A DNA stretch of 63,900 bases, filler included, from Octopus bimaculoides (GCF_001194135.2; 5 parts of 5 records of this genome joined end to end with filler, not necessarily neighbours in it), one strand, 5' to 3'; counted from the first letter of the whole stretch, positions 1 to 12,755 are shown. Translations and numbers: made by a program. The notes: generated by a model not told the origin, from the letters alone.

Positions 1-33
1 TATATATATATATATATATGTATGTATAAATAT

Positions 34-198
34 ATACGACGGGCTTCTTTCAGTTTCCGTCTTCCAAATCCACTCACAAGACTTTGGTCGGCCTGGGGCT
101 ATAGTAGCAGACACTTGCCCAAGGTGCCACGCAGTGGGACTGAACTCAGAACCATGTGGCTGGTAAGCAAGCTACTTACCACACAGCCGCACCTGTGC
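34..198 (-). mobile_element. SINE family A, tRNA-derived head with CORE-like segment
   Basis: Reverse complement GCACAGGTGCGGCTGTGTGGTAAGTAGCTTGCTTACCAGCCACATGG..GAGTTCAGTCCC..GCACCTTGGGCAAGTGTC; matches many copies in the window, ends in (TA)n. Confidence 0.85.
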
Positions 199-734
199 TT
201 TTGCACACAGAAACAAAATGCAAAATTCTGTTGCAATTAAGCTAATGAGATAAGCTGAGATAAATAGTATTGCACCATTTCAAGAACTTTTCACATTATG
301 GAACAGTACTTAACTCTCATTGACCACTACAACCATCATCGTTTGCATCACCATCATCACTGCTATAATCATTGCTCCTACCATCAACATCCTTAATGGC
401 ACCATTGCCACTATCATCATGAGCTCCATTCTTCCACAGAATGAAACTGTACTTCACACCATTATCATCACTACCACCAACATCTATACCATCTCCACCA
501 CCTGAAATACCGCTACCACTACCATCCTCGCCATCACTACCGCTACCATCACCACCGTCACTGCAACTATCACCACAAACTCTATAGCCCTCACCATTCC
601 TATTACCACCACCACTATCATCAACCCCCACCCCCATCACCGTCACTGTCATCACTACCATCGCATATTCTGCTGCCCACCTACCGTTACATCTACCGTT
701 CGAGCCACGAAAGGAAGCAAATTCGCCATCGTTC

Positions 735-910
735 GATATGCCAGTTATAGCAAGCAAATCTCTCTCAAATTACAACCTACTGTCTCAACAAAAATATAGG
801 ACGCATCAAATAATGATATAGTCCTCGATATTCTAAAACAAAATTCAAAGACGCCGAAACGCCTTTGATCAGGTCCACTAAATTATAGCTGACCCAGGGT
901 TAAATAACAT
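735..910 (+). repeat. Dispersed ~200-bp repeat family D (orientation defined as CTAGAAATAGCAGCCAAATCT...AACAAC)
   Basis: Degenerate similarity to copies at 11525, 12570, 21365, 35545 and 38280; class unknown, possibly a retroposon 3' end. Confidence 0.55.
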
Positions 911-2574
911 CATAGCCCGCGTCTGTTTCTAAACCTATACAAAGTCCTGCTCCTGTTTTGTTCCCCCACACATGTTCTCACCCACATCCAAACACACTAA
1001 TTTTTTGTGTGATTCCATTCACTGCTGTGAAGCAGAACTTCGTTGTGATGATTCCGCCACCCCAACATACATCGGGGGAGGAAGGATGATGTGAGCTGGC
1101 ATCATAGCAATCATGCACACACACATACACTCACTCACACACTCGCATACACACACACACACACACTCATATCTATACACACGCACATGCGTGCGGGCTT
1201 TATCTCTTCAAGTTCTTTTGATCTTTCAAATCCAAACTTCAGACTTCGACACCACGAACATCATTTCTGACACAACCACCATCCGCATCATGGTCATCAC
1301 CATCACCATCACTACCACCAACACCACTAACGTAATCATTACTACCACTACATTAACCTTCGCTACCACCACAACCATCACTACCACTGGCATATTTACC
1401 TTTATCCCCTCCATCTACGATCAACAATGCCACTGCTACAACCATCACCACAAGAATCAGCAGAACCATCGCGACGCCCATCATCAATGTCTCCACCACC
1501 ATCACCACCACCACTGGAACTTCTATTACATCGTGTATCACAACCATTAATGTCCCCACGACAACTAATAGCACCATCACCACCACTACAACTACCACAA
1601 GCGTCAAACCATCACCACCACCACAATTAAACCATTACCGCAATCACCAACATCCCCACCACCACAACCATCGCCGTAATCACCACCATCAGAGCTACCA
1701 CCACTACCGTCGCAATGCATCATCATCATCAACACGAACATCATCACACACAAGCATTACAACCGCCACCACCAACACCATCTCCACCAAACACCATCGC
1801 CATCACAATCACCCCCGTCACTATCACCGTCACCATCTTCATTCCTTCGTCATCATTGTTTATTTCCGACGCCCTAATCATTCACCCGAACACCCTTGAC
1901 CTCGAACCAGCAACGTTTGAATTAGAACACGCGTACTATTCACTTATTCAATTATCTAAGTGATTACGTGTTAAAGGAGCAAAACATAAGCGGCGGCGGT
2001 GGTGGTGGTGGTGGTGGATTTAGCTGAAACTGGCGAAGACACAGAACTGCGTAGTACAGATATGAAACCTTAGGATAGTTATTCGTAAGCGTGCGTGTAT
2101 GCCTGTTTATATGTGCGCAACTGTGCACGTTCTGTGTGTTTGCTTCTGTTGGTACTACTGAGGTGTTGTTGTTGTTGTTGTCGTTGTCGTCGTCGTTGTC
2201 GCTGCTGCTGGTGATGATGATGATGATGATGATGATAATGATAAGGAGGAGGAGGAGGTTTAATCTCAGGACAGCCTTGATGAAGAAAACCTACGTCCAA
2301 ATATATTCCAACCATAAGTGTGTGTGTTGTTGTCGTTGTTGAGTGCCATTTTCGATTGTTTAAACCAAAAGAAAGTGGTACTCAATAGATTTCGTTGGAG
2401 ATAAACCTATTAAATAACTGCTTAACTCTGCTCTGCATTATTTAAAGACTCTTGCGCGTTAGCCACACCCACGTTGTCAAATGTAAGCAATGTGGAGATG
2501 AATCAAGCTGGTGTGTAACTGTGTGCATACATGATACATATATACATATATATATATATATACATACATATAAT

Positions 2575-2672
2575 CTTTTACTCTTTTACTCTTTTACTTG
2601 TTTCAGTCTACTAAATCCACTCACAAAGCTTTGGTCGGCCCGAGTCTATAGTAGAACACACTTGCCCAAAGT
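2575..2672 (-). mobile_element. Internally deleted SINE family A (head fused directly to tail end)
   Basis: Head sequence ...GAGTGGATTTAGTAGAC joins tail TGAAACAAGTAAAAGAGTAAAAGA. Confidence 0.7.
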
Positions 2673-2676
2673 CCAT

Positions 2677-2742
<66 letters not shown>

Positions 2743-2797
2743 TATATATGTATTTATATGATGGGACTGCGCTCATGCTGGAGCACCGCCGTTTACT

Positions 2798-3899
2798 TTC
2801 CTACACTTTCACTAAACCTCCTCTTATAGTTGACATTTGGTGGATGAGGGAGTTTGACGTTGCTACCCTCATCTGTGTTTCTTGCCTAGAGGTAGATTCA
2901 TCCGGAACTCTTGACAGAAGGAGATCCAGTTTTGTTTTGAAAAAGCCTACATCCACGCTAAGCAGGTCTGTCAGGCTTTGTGGAAGGATATTGAAGAGCT
3001 GTGGGCCTTTGAAGCCCAAGCTGTTGCAGTATCTGGTTCTGCATCCTAATTACAAAGTAGGGATTTTTGGTGCGATGCAGTGGCGCCCCGTCCTGCTGTT
3101 TATGTAACTGACAATGCCAAAGTTTGACACAAGTTTTTCTAGGGTTTCACGGATGTATATTACTGCATACCTTTCCCACCTTCGCTTCAAGGATTAGAGT
3201 CTTCATTCTTTCAATCTCTCCTAGTAGCATTGTGTTGATCTTCTCTGTGTAGCTTCGCTGGATCGCCTCGAGTTTCTTCGTTAATTTTAGACTGTTTAGT
3301 GACCACAGTTGGGAGCAGTAATCCAGACGGCTGAGGACGAAAGTCCTCAAGATGATCGTTATGGTTTTCCTTTTCTCTCGTTTTGAAAGTTCAAAGGGTC
3401 CATCTGGCCAAGCGCCTGCATTTTATTGCCAGCTTGGCAATGTCGACCTGGAAAGATGCATCATTACTCATGTCGATGCCCAAGTCACGCACTGACTTTG
3501 ATTCAGTAATTGCAATCCCCCCTGGACCAGTGTATCCTATCTGCTTTTCATTGAGCTTCCTGTGTCGGTAGCGCAGAGCTTGGAATTTTCCAACATTAAA
3601 CTGCATATTATTTTCTTCAGCCCACCTGTATATTGTGTCCAAGTCACGTAGATGCAGAATGTCTCCAAGGGTCTGCAGCTTCTGAGAGACTTTTGTACCG
3701 TCTGCATAGCTAGCAAGGGTGGCTACTTGAGCAGTTGAGTGCATGTCAGAGAGGGCCAATATGAATAGCAGCGGCCCCAGGACAGTGTCCTGTGGAACAC
3801 CATTCATTATTTGTGTTTCGTCTGAGGTAGCCCCATTTACCACCACTACCTGACTTCTATTTTTTGGAAAACTGTGTAGCCATTCTCCAAGTTTTCCAA
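2798..3899 (-). mobile_element. Decayed CR1/L2-group LINE, RT C-terminal half to 3' end
   Basis: Frameshifted peptides GVPQDTVLGPLLFIL, YADGTK, VRDLGI, SRLDYCSQLW, GPQLFNILP...FKTKLDLLL...VPD, typical of CR1/L2/Jockey-group ORF2. Confidence 0.85.
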
Positions 3900-4734
3900 C
3901 TATATATATATATATATATATATAAGGATTATTACGAAGTGGCATAGCATTACCTTTCATTAAATTCAAGGTAATGCTATGCCACTTNNNNNNNNNNNNN
4001 NNNNNNNNNNNNNNNNNNNNNNNNNNNNNNNNNNNNNNNNNNNNNNNNNNNNNNNNNNNNNNNNNNNNNNNNNNNNNNNNNNNNNNNNNNNNNNNNNNNN
4101 NNNNNNNNNNNNNNNNNNNNNNNNNNNNNNNNNNNNNNNNNNNNNNNNNNNNNNNNNNNNNNNNNNNNNNNNNNNNNNNNNNNNNNNNNNNNNNNNNNNN
4201 NNNNNNNNNNNNNNNNNNNNNNNNNNNNNNNNNNNNNNNNNNNNNNNNNNNNNNNNNNNNNNNNNNNNNNNNNNNNNNNNNNNNNNNNNNNNNNNNNNNN
4301 NNNNNNNNNNNNNNNNNNNNNNNNNNNNNNNNNNNNNNNNNNNNNNNNNNNNNNNNNNNNNNNNNNNNNNNNNNNNNNNNNNNNNNNNNNNNNNNNNNNN
4401 NNNNNNNNNNNNNNNNNNNNNNNNNNNNNNNNNNNNNNNNNNNNNNNNNNNNNNNNNNNNNNNNNNNNNNNNNNNNNNNNNNNNNNNNNNNNNNNNNNNN
4501 NNNNNNNNNNNNNNNNNNNNNNNNNNNNNNNNNNNNNNNNNNNNNNNNNNNNNNNNNNNNNNNNNNNNNNNNNNNNNNNNNNNNNNNNNNNNNNNNNNNN
4601 NNNNNNNNNNNNNNNNNNNNNNNNNNNNNNNNNNNNNNNNNNNNNNNNNNNNNNNNNNNNNNNNNNNNNNNNNNNNNNNNNNNNNNNNNNNNNNNNNNNN
4701 NNNNNNNNNNNNNNNTATATATATATATATATAC

Positions 4735-4895
4735 ACGACGGACTTTTTTCAGTTTCCATCTACCAACTCCTCCACTCATAAGGCTTTGCTCGGTCCGTGA
4801 CTATAGTAGAAGACACTCGCCTAGTACCACGCAATAAGACTGAACCCGGAACCATATGATTGGGAACCAAACTTCTTACTACAGACCCACGCCTG
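4735..4895 (-). mobile_element. SINE family A head
   Basis: Same consensus as 34-198; abuts (TA)n and a gap. Confidence 0.8.
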
Positions 4896-5446
4896 TATAT
4901 ATATATGTCCTCCATGAACAGACACATTTTAAATATAGCACTATGACTATACGGGGTGTTATAGGATAGCGAGCTGGCAGAATCGTTAGAAGTTGTAATT
5001 AAAACTCGATTGTAAGTTTTACTCACTTGTTACAGTTGCCGTATCCCTAACCTTAACCCGTTCTCATGTAACCTACACCTGCTCCAAATACTGCTTCATT
5101 CTACAGCTGGGCATGCTCCTCGTGTTATGAAGTTCTGATCTGCATACTAATAATTAAACTGAAGGGTCACTATTGCATGGAAACATGGTCATGTGTTTGG
5201 CAAATATATATTGTATATAGCACGTATGCAGTGTCTTAAATATTACATATGTATGGGATGTAATATATTTACTCATAAAACGGCGGATGAAAAATTCCTA
5301 ACAATTAATTTAGTTCATAATAAATATAAGCTTTCATATATGCGAACAACAAAGCCATATAAACGAGGATATATCAAATAGCTGATGATAACTGGCGAAA
5401 ATAACGTATGTACGTGTTTGCATATATATGTATATGTATGTATATA

Positions 5447-5496
<50 letters not shown>

Positions 5497-5586
5497 TATA
5501 TATGAGTATGTATGTATGCAAAATTCCTCGTGTATCGAGTACTTTCTTCTGCTTTGTAGGCCTTCTCTCACGAACAAGCATAGAGG

Positions 5587-5782
5587 AACGACAGGCTTCT
5601 TTCAGTTACCGTCTACCAAATCCACTCACAAGGCTTTGGTCGGCCTAAGGCTATAGCAGAAGACTCTTGCCAAAAATGCCACGCAGTGGGACTTTGGGCA
5701 ATCGTCTTCTACAATAAGCCTTCTGAACCCGGAACCATGTGGTTGGGGAAGCAACTTCTTACCACATAGTCACGCCTATGCC
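5587..5782 (-). mobile_element. SINE family A head carrying a 29-bp internal inverted duplication
   Basis: Matches family A with an extra insert at 5694-5722. Confidence 0.8.
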
Positions 5783-6007
<225 letters not shown>

Positions 6008-7123
6008 AATTTTTTTGAAGTAATGTGTATATGTCAATTAGTATGTTGAGTAAAGCACTTCAGACTTTGGGCTACCTGATGTCATCTATGGTTGGGGTAT
6101 ATTTCTGCTACATCTACCTCAGGAATTCCGCAGTGTTATTTCAGATAATAATTATCGATGATGAAGCGAAAGATGGATTTGGCATTAGTCTTGATTCAGC
6201 GTTTGCCAAATTCATTTTCCGCTTCATTCATCGGTTATTTCATATTANNNNNNNNNNNNNNNNNNNNNNNNNNNNNNNNNNNNNNNNNNNNNNNNNNNNN
6301 NNNNNNNNNNNNNNNNNNNNNNNNNNNNNNNNNNNNNNNNNNNNNNNNNNNNNNNNNNNNNNNNNNNNNNNNNNNNNNNNNNNNNNNNNNNNNNNNNNNN
6401 NNNNNNNNNNNNNNNNNNNNNNNNNNNNNNNNNNNNNNNNNNNNNNNNNNNNNNNNNNNNNNNNNNNNNNNNNNNNNNNNNNNNNNNNNNNNNNNNNNNN
6501 NNNNNNNNNNNNNNNNNNNNNNNNNNNNNNNNNNNNNNNNNNNNNNNNNNNNNNNNNNNNNNNNNNNNNNNNNNNNNNNNNNNNNNNNNNNNNNNNNNNN
6601 NNNNNNNNNNNNNNNNNNNNNNNNNNNNNNNNNNNNNNNNNNNNNNNNNNNNNNNNNNNNNNNNNNNNNNNNNNNNNNNNNNNNNNNNNNNNNNNNNNNN
6701 NNNNNNNNNNNNNNNNNNNNNNNNNNNNNNNNNNNNNNNNNNNNNNNNNNNNNNNNNNNNNNNNNNNNNNNNNNNNNNNNNNNNNNNNNNNNNNNNNNNN
6801 NNNNNNNNNNNNNNNNNNNNNNNNNNNNNNNNNNNNNNNNNNNNNNNNNNNNNNNNNNNNNNNNNNNNNNNNNNNNNNNNNNNNNNNNNNNNNNNNNNNN
6901 NNNNNNNNNNNNNNNNNNNNNNNNNNNNNNNNNNNNNNNNNNNNNNNNNNNNNNNNNNNNNNNNNNNNNNNNNNNNNNNNNNNNNNNNNNNNNNNNNNNN
7001 NNNNNNNNNNNNNNNNNNNNNNNNNCATCTTGACATAGCAGGGTCTATCAGGCTAGTATATACATATATACATATATACATACATACATGCATGCATGCA
7101 TATCTATGAAGATAGATAAATGG

Positions 7124-7128
7124 ATAGG

Positions 7129-7223
<95 letters not shown>

Positions 7224-7225
7224 CT
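7124..7225. repeat. (GATA)n microsatellite
   Basis: Directly visible. Confidence 0.98.
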
Positions 7226-7696
7226 ATTGCAGATGCTACAAGTTTATCAATATAGTTTCTCTCAGTGAAACTGGATTACTAATTAAACAATTAACAGTAT
7301 TAAACGCCAATTAGATAAAATTTATTCATTAAATGAGACAAACCAGGTACTGTGGAGTCAATCACAAAGCACTGGTTATTAAAAACTGCAAGGTTTACTG
7401 TCTGTTTAATAATATATAAATAAACGATAATAAATATATAAATAATAATAAAAATAAATAATAATAAATAAACTATCTATTCATTCATAGGTTTGTGAAT
7501 ATTGAATAGGAACAATCTGAGAAATTGAAGTTGAAGGCTGAGCTTTATCATTGTAAGCTTAGGTCGTTGACACCAATAACATCTTGGCTATCTTTTTCAA
7601 AATATCTCTTATTATTTAGATTGTTCTCTGCGTAAAATTTTCATGATTTATTATCTCTTGTTCTGTCATGAAGTAACTTTAGTTAACCCCTTTGAG

Positions 7697-7985
7697 TAGG
7701 CATATGGTTGTGTGGTTAAGAAGGTCGCTTAGCAACCACATTGTTTCGGGTTCAATCCCACTACGCGGCAAATTGGTAAGTAATATAGCCCGCACCGACC
7801 ACTAACTTCTGAATGAATTTGCAGACGGAAGCTTTGTGGAAGCCCGTAGAATACACACGTGTTTGTGTGTGTGTATATGTGTGTGTGCGCGTGTAACCAT
7901 GCGTGTCTTTCAGTCTGTATCTATCCCACCCCCACTGCTTGACAACAAACATCTCCACGTGACTTAGCGGTTCGACAGGAAACAT
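7697..7985 (+). mobile_element. Diverged SINE family A (head, microsatellite, partial tail)
   Basis: GGTTGTGTGGTTAAG...GGGTTCAATCCC B-box...GACGGAAGC...GCTTGACAAC...ACTTAGCGGTTCG. Confidence 0.7.
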
Positions 7986-8344
7986 TAAATTAACAAAGGA
8001 ATAAGAAATTACGTTATGAACTTCATTAGCTTACAGTTGTTTCTGCTATTAGGTGCAAGGTACAAGGTCACACTTTTTGATGGGTGGGGATAATTGATTA
8101 GATTTTCACTTTTACTTATTCTTTACGACACCACAAAAATCAATTGGCAATACACATCTTTCTCTCCCTCTCTCTCCTTTTCTCTCTCTTTTTCTCTCCT
8201 CCACTCTCTTTCTCTCCCTCTCTCTCTCTCTATCTATATATCTCTGTCTCTCTTTTTCTCTCTCTCTTTCTGACGAAGTGTCATGCTCGAAACGGCTCTT
8301 CCCAAGGTGACCAAATTTATTCAACTTTTGAACTATTTATGCTA

Positions 8345-8472
8345 ATCACTCATTCAGACCATCACTCATTCAGACCCTCACTCATTCAGACCATCACTCA
8401 TTCAGACCATCACTCATTCAGACCATCACTCATTCAGATCATCACTCATTCAGACCATCACTCATTCAGATG
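8345..8472. repeat. 16-bp minisatellite, 8 copies (ATCACTCATTCAGACC)
   Basis: Eight head-to-tail units with single substitutions in units 3, 6 and 8. Confidence 0.95.
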
Positions 8473-9176
8473 TAACTGAATTTGAACATGGCATTTTGTC
8501 TGCTGCTCTACAGAGTGGTTGAAAAGAAGATATAAATTCTTTATGTTCGTAAAACGGGTCAATCTATAAAGTATTTTTTGTTTCTTTTTGTACTGCAAAT
8601 TTATTAAAAATAAATAATTAAAGATTTGGGGTGTTGACCCTATGTTTATGAAATCACAAGACGGTCCCAATCATGCCAGTCTAACTGTTGTATTCCATAT
8701 TGCCACCAGAACGTCGTCTTTGTCTTCTTTTGTTTTTATTTTATAAACTACAACTAAAACTTTAAAAGATATCAGTTTCCCGTTAAAACTGTCTCTTTTT
8801 CAATGTTTTTAAAGTAGAATTATTTTTAGAAGTTTTAAATGTAAAACACTCCCCCCCCCCCTCCAAGAAAAAATAACAAACAAGGATATCCAGTTGCTTA
8901 TGGTTTTTGTTGTCTTTAAAATATTTACCATCTATTTGTTTAAGAAGCTGACAATTCAACAGAGTGTCTTGTCAGCTGTTTAGCTGGTAACCTCAACAGA
9001 GTGTGACGTCATGGGCGCTGCCTGGTGTCTTGAGACAAAACACTTTGTTTTCAGAAACCATGCCAACGATTCTAAATGTGTCCAGTGCAGAAATACATTT
9101 CAGCGATGTTGGCAACAGACCACCGGATCATCGATTTCGTTTGTAAAATACAATATCACTATACAGGATGTTATAG

Positions 9177-9388
9177 GGTGGCGAGCTGGCAGAATCGTTA
9201 GCACGCCGGGCAAAATGCCTAGCTGCATTTCGTCCATCTTTACGTTCTGAGTTCAAATTCCGCCGAAGTTGACTTTGCCTTTCATTCTTTCAGGGTCGAT
9301 AAAATAAGTACCAATTGTGTACTGGGGTCGATGAAATCGACTTTTCCCCTCCCCGATTTTGCTGGCCTTGAGCCAAAATTTGAAACCA
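9177..9388 (+). mobile_element. SINE family B, near full length
   Basis: GGCGAGCTGGCAGAATCGTTAGCACGCCGGGCAAAATG...GAGTTCAAATTCCGCCG...GGGTCGATAAAATAAGTACC; many copies in the window. Confidence 0.85.
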
Positions 9389-9393
9389 ATATA

Positions 9394-9605
9394 CAGGTTG
9401 TTCATAAATTATCTTTACAACTTCCATAATATATTGTATTTATCAAAGTTGAGTTTGCAAAAATTGTAACTCGTGTGGAAGTATTCTGATGAATAAAACT
9501 TATTTGTTTGCCTATGTTTTCTAATAAACTTTGCTGGAATTATTCTTTTTTTCCTTCTTTTTTTCTGAATTTTTGAAATTGCTAAGATAATATATGTTCA
9601 CCCTG
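9394..9605. mobile_element. Tc1/mariner-type MITE
   Basis: About 21-bp imperfect TIRs (CAGGTTGTTCATAAATTATCT / AGATAATATATGTTCACCCTG) flanked by TA on both sides. Confidence 0.7.
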
Positions 9606-9814
9606 TATAGAGAGAAGAGGGATACAGTCGACTAAAGAGCCTCCGGTGATTTACTGGTTTTGACTATAGATTTTTCTAGTAATTATATATGGCCCTTCTG
9701 TATAAATAGTTTCGTGTTCCTCGCGTATTTGGCATTTTAACGGTTTTATCAGGAATGGGAATTACTGCTTTCTTTATCCTTTTCAGGGCCTCGTACATTC
9801 ATGAGAGGAAAGGA

Positions 9815-9985
9815 AAATGCCTTGCAGTATTTCTTCCGGCTCGTTATGTTCAGAATTCAAATCCAGTCGAATCAAGGCTACCTTACATCCCTCCGAGGTA
9901 GATAAAATAAAATGCCTGACAGATTCTGGGTATGATTTAATCGACTAAACCCCTTCTCGTCGCCCCAAATTTCTAGCCGGGTACT
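9815..9985 (+). mobile_element. Old SINE family B copy
   Basis: Degenerate AAATGC...TTCAAATCC...GAGGTAGATAAAATAA...TAATCGACT. Confidence 0.55.
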
Positions 9986-10269
9986 TCTATTAGCCTCACC
10001 ACAGTCAAAAGCGACCACCGTCTTCCCCTTCCCCTCCCCCATCATCATCAGCAGCAGCAGAAACACTATCATCACTATCATCACCATCACGATCAGAGCC
10101 ACCAGCAGCTCCATTATTTCCATTATCATCACCAATGTTACTATCGTCAGCATCAACATCAGCACCATCACCAACATTACCACGAATATCACAACCTCCA
10201 TCAACCATATCATTATCATCATTGGCAGTAGCAACAGCTGCATCACCACGGCTCTCATTTACATTTTGG

Positions 10270-10435
10270 TATCAGGCCAGCAATTTCGGAGGAAAGGGGT
10301 AAATTGATTGCATCGACCCCAGTGCTCTACTGGTACTTAGGCGGCAGTGCATTTGAACTCAGAACATTAAAAACAGACGAAATGCCACTAAGCATTTTGC
10401 TCAGCGTGCAAACGAGTCTGCCAGCTCGCAGTCTT
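10270..10435 (-). mobile_element. SINE family B
   Basis: Reverse complement of family B (CATCGACCCCAGTG...TTTGAACTCAGAAC...CTGCCAGCTCGC) with an internal deletion. Confidence 0.75.
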
Positions 10436-11524
10436 AATTAGCATAATATATTACAATCATTATTATATCATCATCATCACCAACCAATTGATCGTCGTCG
10501 TCATTAAAGTCATCATCTTATTCGTCATCAACTCAGTCATCATCATCACTAACATCCTCATCATCACTAACATCATCATCATCATCATCATCATCAACCA
10601 ATTCCTCATCACATCCAGCACCATCAACATGGCCATCAATAGAAGCCATCAGAATCTGTAAAATCATGGCCATCACCCAATATTTGTAACAATCCGAGGG
10701 AAGAAGTCAAGGACAGAAGAATTAATCACTCAACACAAGCCGATTGTTAAACTGTAAGAATGGTCACGTGAGGCGGTGGTAGAGGGAAGGTCTTGCTAGT
10801 GCTGGTAGTACTGGTAGAGTAGTCATGGCAGTGGTGTTAAGATGGTATCAAGANNNNNNNNNNNNNNNNNNNNNNNNNNNNNNNNNNNNNNNNNNNNNNN
10901 NNNNNNNNNNNNNNNNNNNNNNNNNNNNNNNNNNNNNNNNNNNNNNNNNNNNNNNNNNNNNNNNNNNNNNNNNNNNNNNNNNNNNNNNNNNNNNNNNNNN
11001 NNNNNNNNNNNNNNNNNNNNNNNNNNNNNNNNNNNNNNNNNNNNNNNNNNNNNNNNNNNNNNNNNNNNNNNNNNNNNNNNNNNNNNNNNNNNNNNNNNNN
11101 NNNNNNNNNNNNNNNNNNNNNNNNNNGCGGTGGTGGTGGTGGTGGTGGTGGTGGTGGTGGTGGTGGTATAGATGGTAGTTGTCGTCGTCGCGGTTGTTGT
11201 CGTGGTATTGGTGATAGTGCTAATGGCTGAATCTGACGGTGCTGATGTATTCGGGAACAATGGTAATAAATTGGAAATGGCGATAACGATGTTGCTGTTT
11301 AACCCCAAGTCACTACAACTAGGTTTTTCTATCAAAGATCAGCTCGTCGTTTTTCTTTTGCTTTTCCTTTTTACTTTTTTTTTCTTTTTTCAGAACTACA
11401 TCACTCCACGAGTATTTACCTATTTCTAAAAACTAGCAGTGCCTCTGGTTTGAGGGAGATTTGGCTACTACTACTAGCATGTCGTGCGACTTGGACCTTT
11501 CTTCCAACTAGAGTAGATAAGCGT

Positions 11525-11725
11525 GGCAGTTGTTGTTTAGTCCTAGATAAGACCTGGTTTAGTAGAATCCTTATGAAATGTAATCCAGATAATCCTTTAT
11601 TTAAAGGGTGTATGTATTACAAGATTACATAGGCTATTGTGTGTGCTTGGTCTCTTTAAAAAAATAAACGATGAAATGTGATTTGAGAAGCATTTGTTTG
11701 CTATTTCTAGCAGGTCAGGCGAACA
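11525..11725 (-). repeat. Repeat family D
   Basis: TTGTTGTTTAG...GATTTGAG...TTGCTATTTCTAGCAGGTCAGGCGA; a second short piece at about 11445-11495. Confidence 0.6.
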
Positions 11726-12194
11726 CATAGCGATCATTGGTTCGTATATAACTCCCTTGTCTCTAGACTAAATAGGCGTCAGCTCACTACCAAATTACTA
11801 CTACTGCCAGGACCATCATCAGCCCAATCCTCCCCACCACCACCACCACCACCACCATAGTCAGCAACAACGAAACTAACGCTATCACCATCACATCATC
11901 AATAACACCAGCACCAGTAACAGTACCAGAACCAAGACTCTTGCTGCACTTTATCACCATGAGATCTTCCTTTGCTGGAAAAATACTCTTCACTTTGTTC
12001 ATTTGTTTGCTCATTTATGATAACAAACCGTGGCTGTCACTCACACGTATCATGCATTAGCAAATAGTTTTAGATGCCTACGTAGTCACGATTAGATATA
12101 AACACCTACTCGACTCTTCTCAACTTGAACCAGCGGAACATTTAACATGAGACTGCCAGGAGGGTAAAAGGGTTCTGTCAGTACTTGGCCAATA

Positions 12195-12325
12195 CTGGAT
12201 ACAGCTGAGTCGACTGTAGTAACATGAAATGAAGTACCTTAATTAAAGACACAATGTACTATCAGGTCCTGGAATCGAACTCACGTCCTTATGACCGTTT
12301 CTCAGCACTCTAACCAGTACGCCAT
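12195..12325 (-). mobile_element. SINE family C (tRNA head plus CORE-like domain)
   Basis: Reverse complement has GTGAGTTCGATTCC B-box, ..TGTGTCTTT.., CAGTCGACTCAGCTG. Confidence 0.6.
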
Positions 12326-12569
12326 ATGTCTTCCCCATCTCTATGGTCTCTTGACTTTTAAGTATATGTTGTTTGGGATAAGACGTTTACGATTTAGTTT
12401 GGAAAAACATTATCTATGCTTTTCGCGGATTCTCTGAAACCAGTATGATTAACATGATCAATATTTCTCTTTAGCTCGTTTTAAGTTGGCGGGTTCTGGG
12501 GAAAAGCATGAGCAAAAAGGGGCAAAGATACTTATTACTGTTCTACCGGCGGTGGGGGGCATCAGCAGA

Positions 12570-12755
12570 GTCATAAGGCCTTCTAGAAATAGTAACCCAA
12601 TCTCATAAATTCACATATTACCGTCCTAAAAACGGACAGGACACATTAGATAGTGTAATCCTTGACATCTCCTTAAAAGACAGTATGGTCACAGATGGTA
12701 CGCTTTTGATCATAGGCTGGCTCAATCAGGAATGCACTGGATCTAACCAACAACA
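12570..12755 (+). repeat. Repeat family D
   Basis: CTAGAAATAGTAACCCAATCTC...TTTGATCATAGG...AACAACA. Confidence 0.6.

Noticed and set aside
317-1963. His/Thr/Val/Pro-rich ORFs in (CAT/CAC/ACC)-rich DNA
   Set aside because: Cryptic trinucleotide low-complexity sequence; no splice signals or domain motifs.
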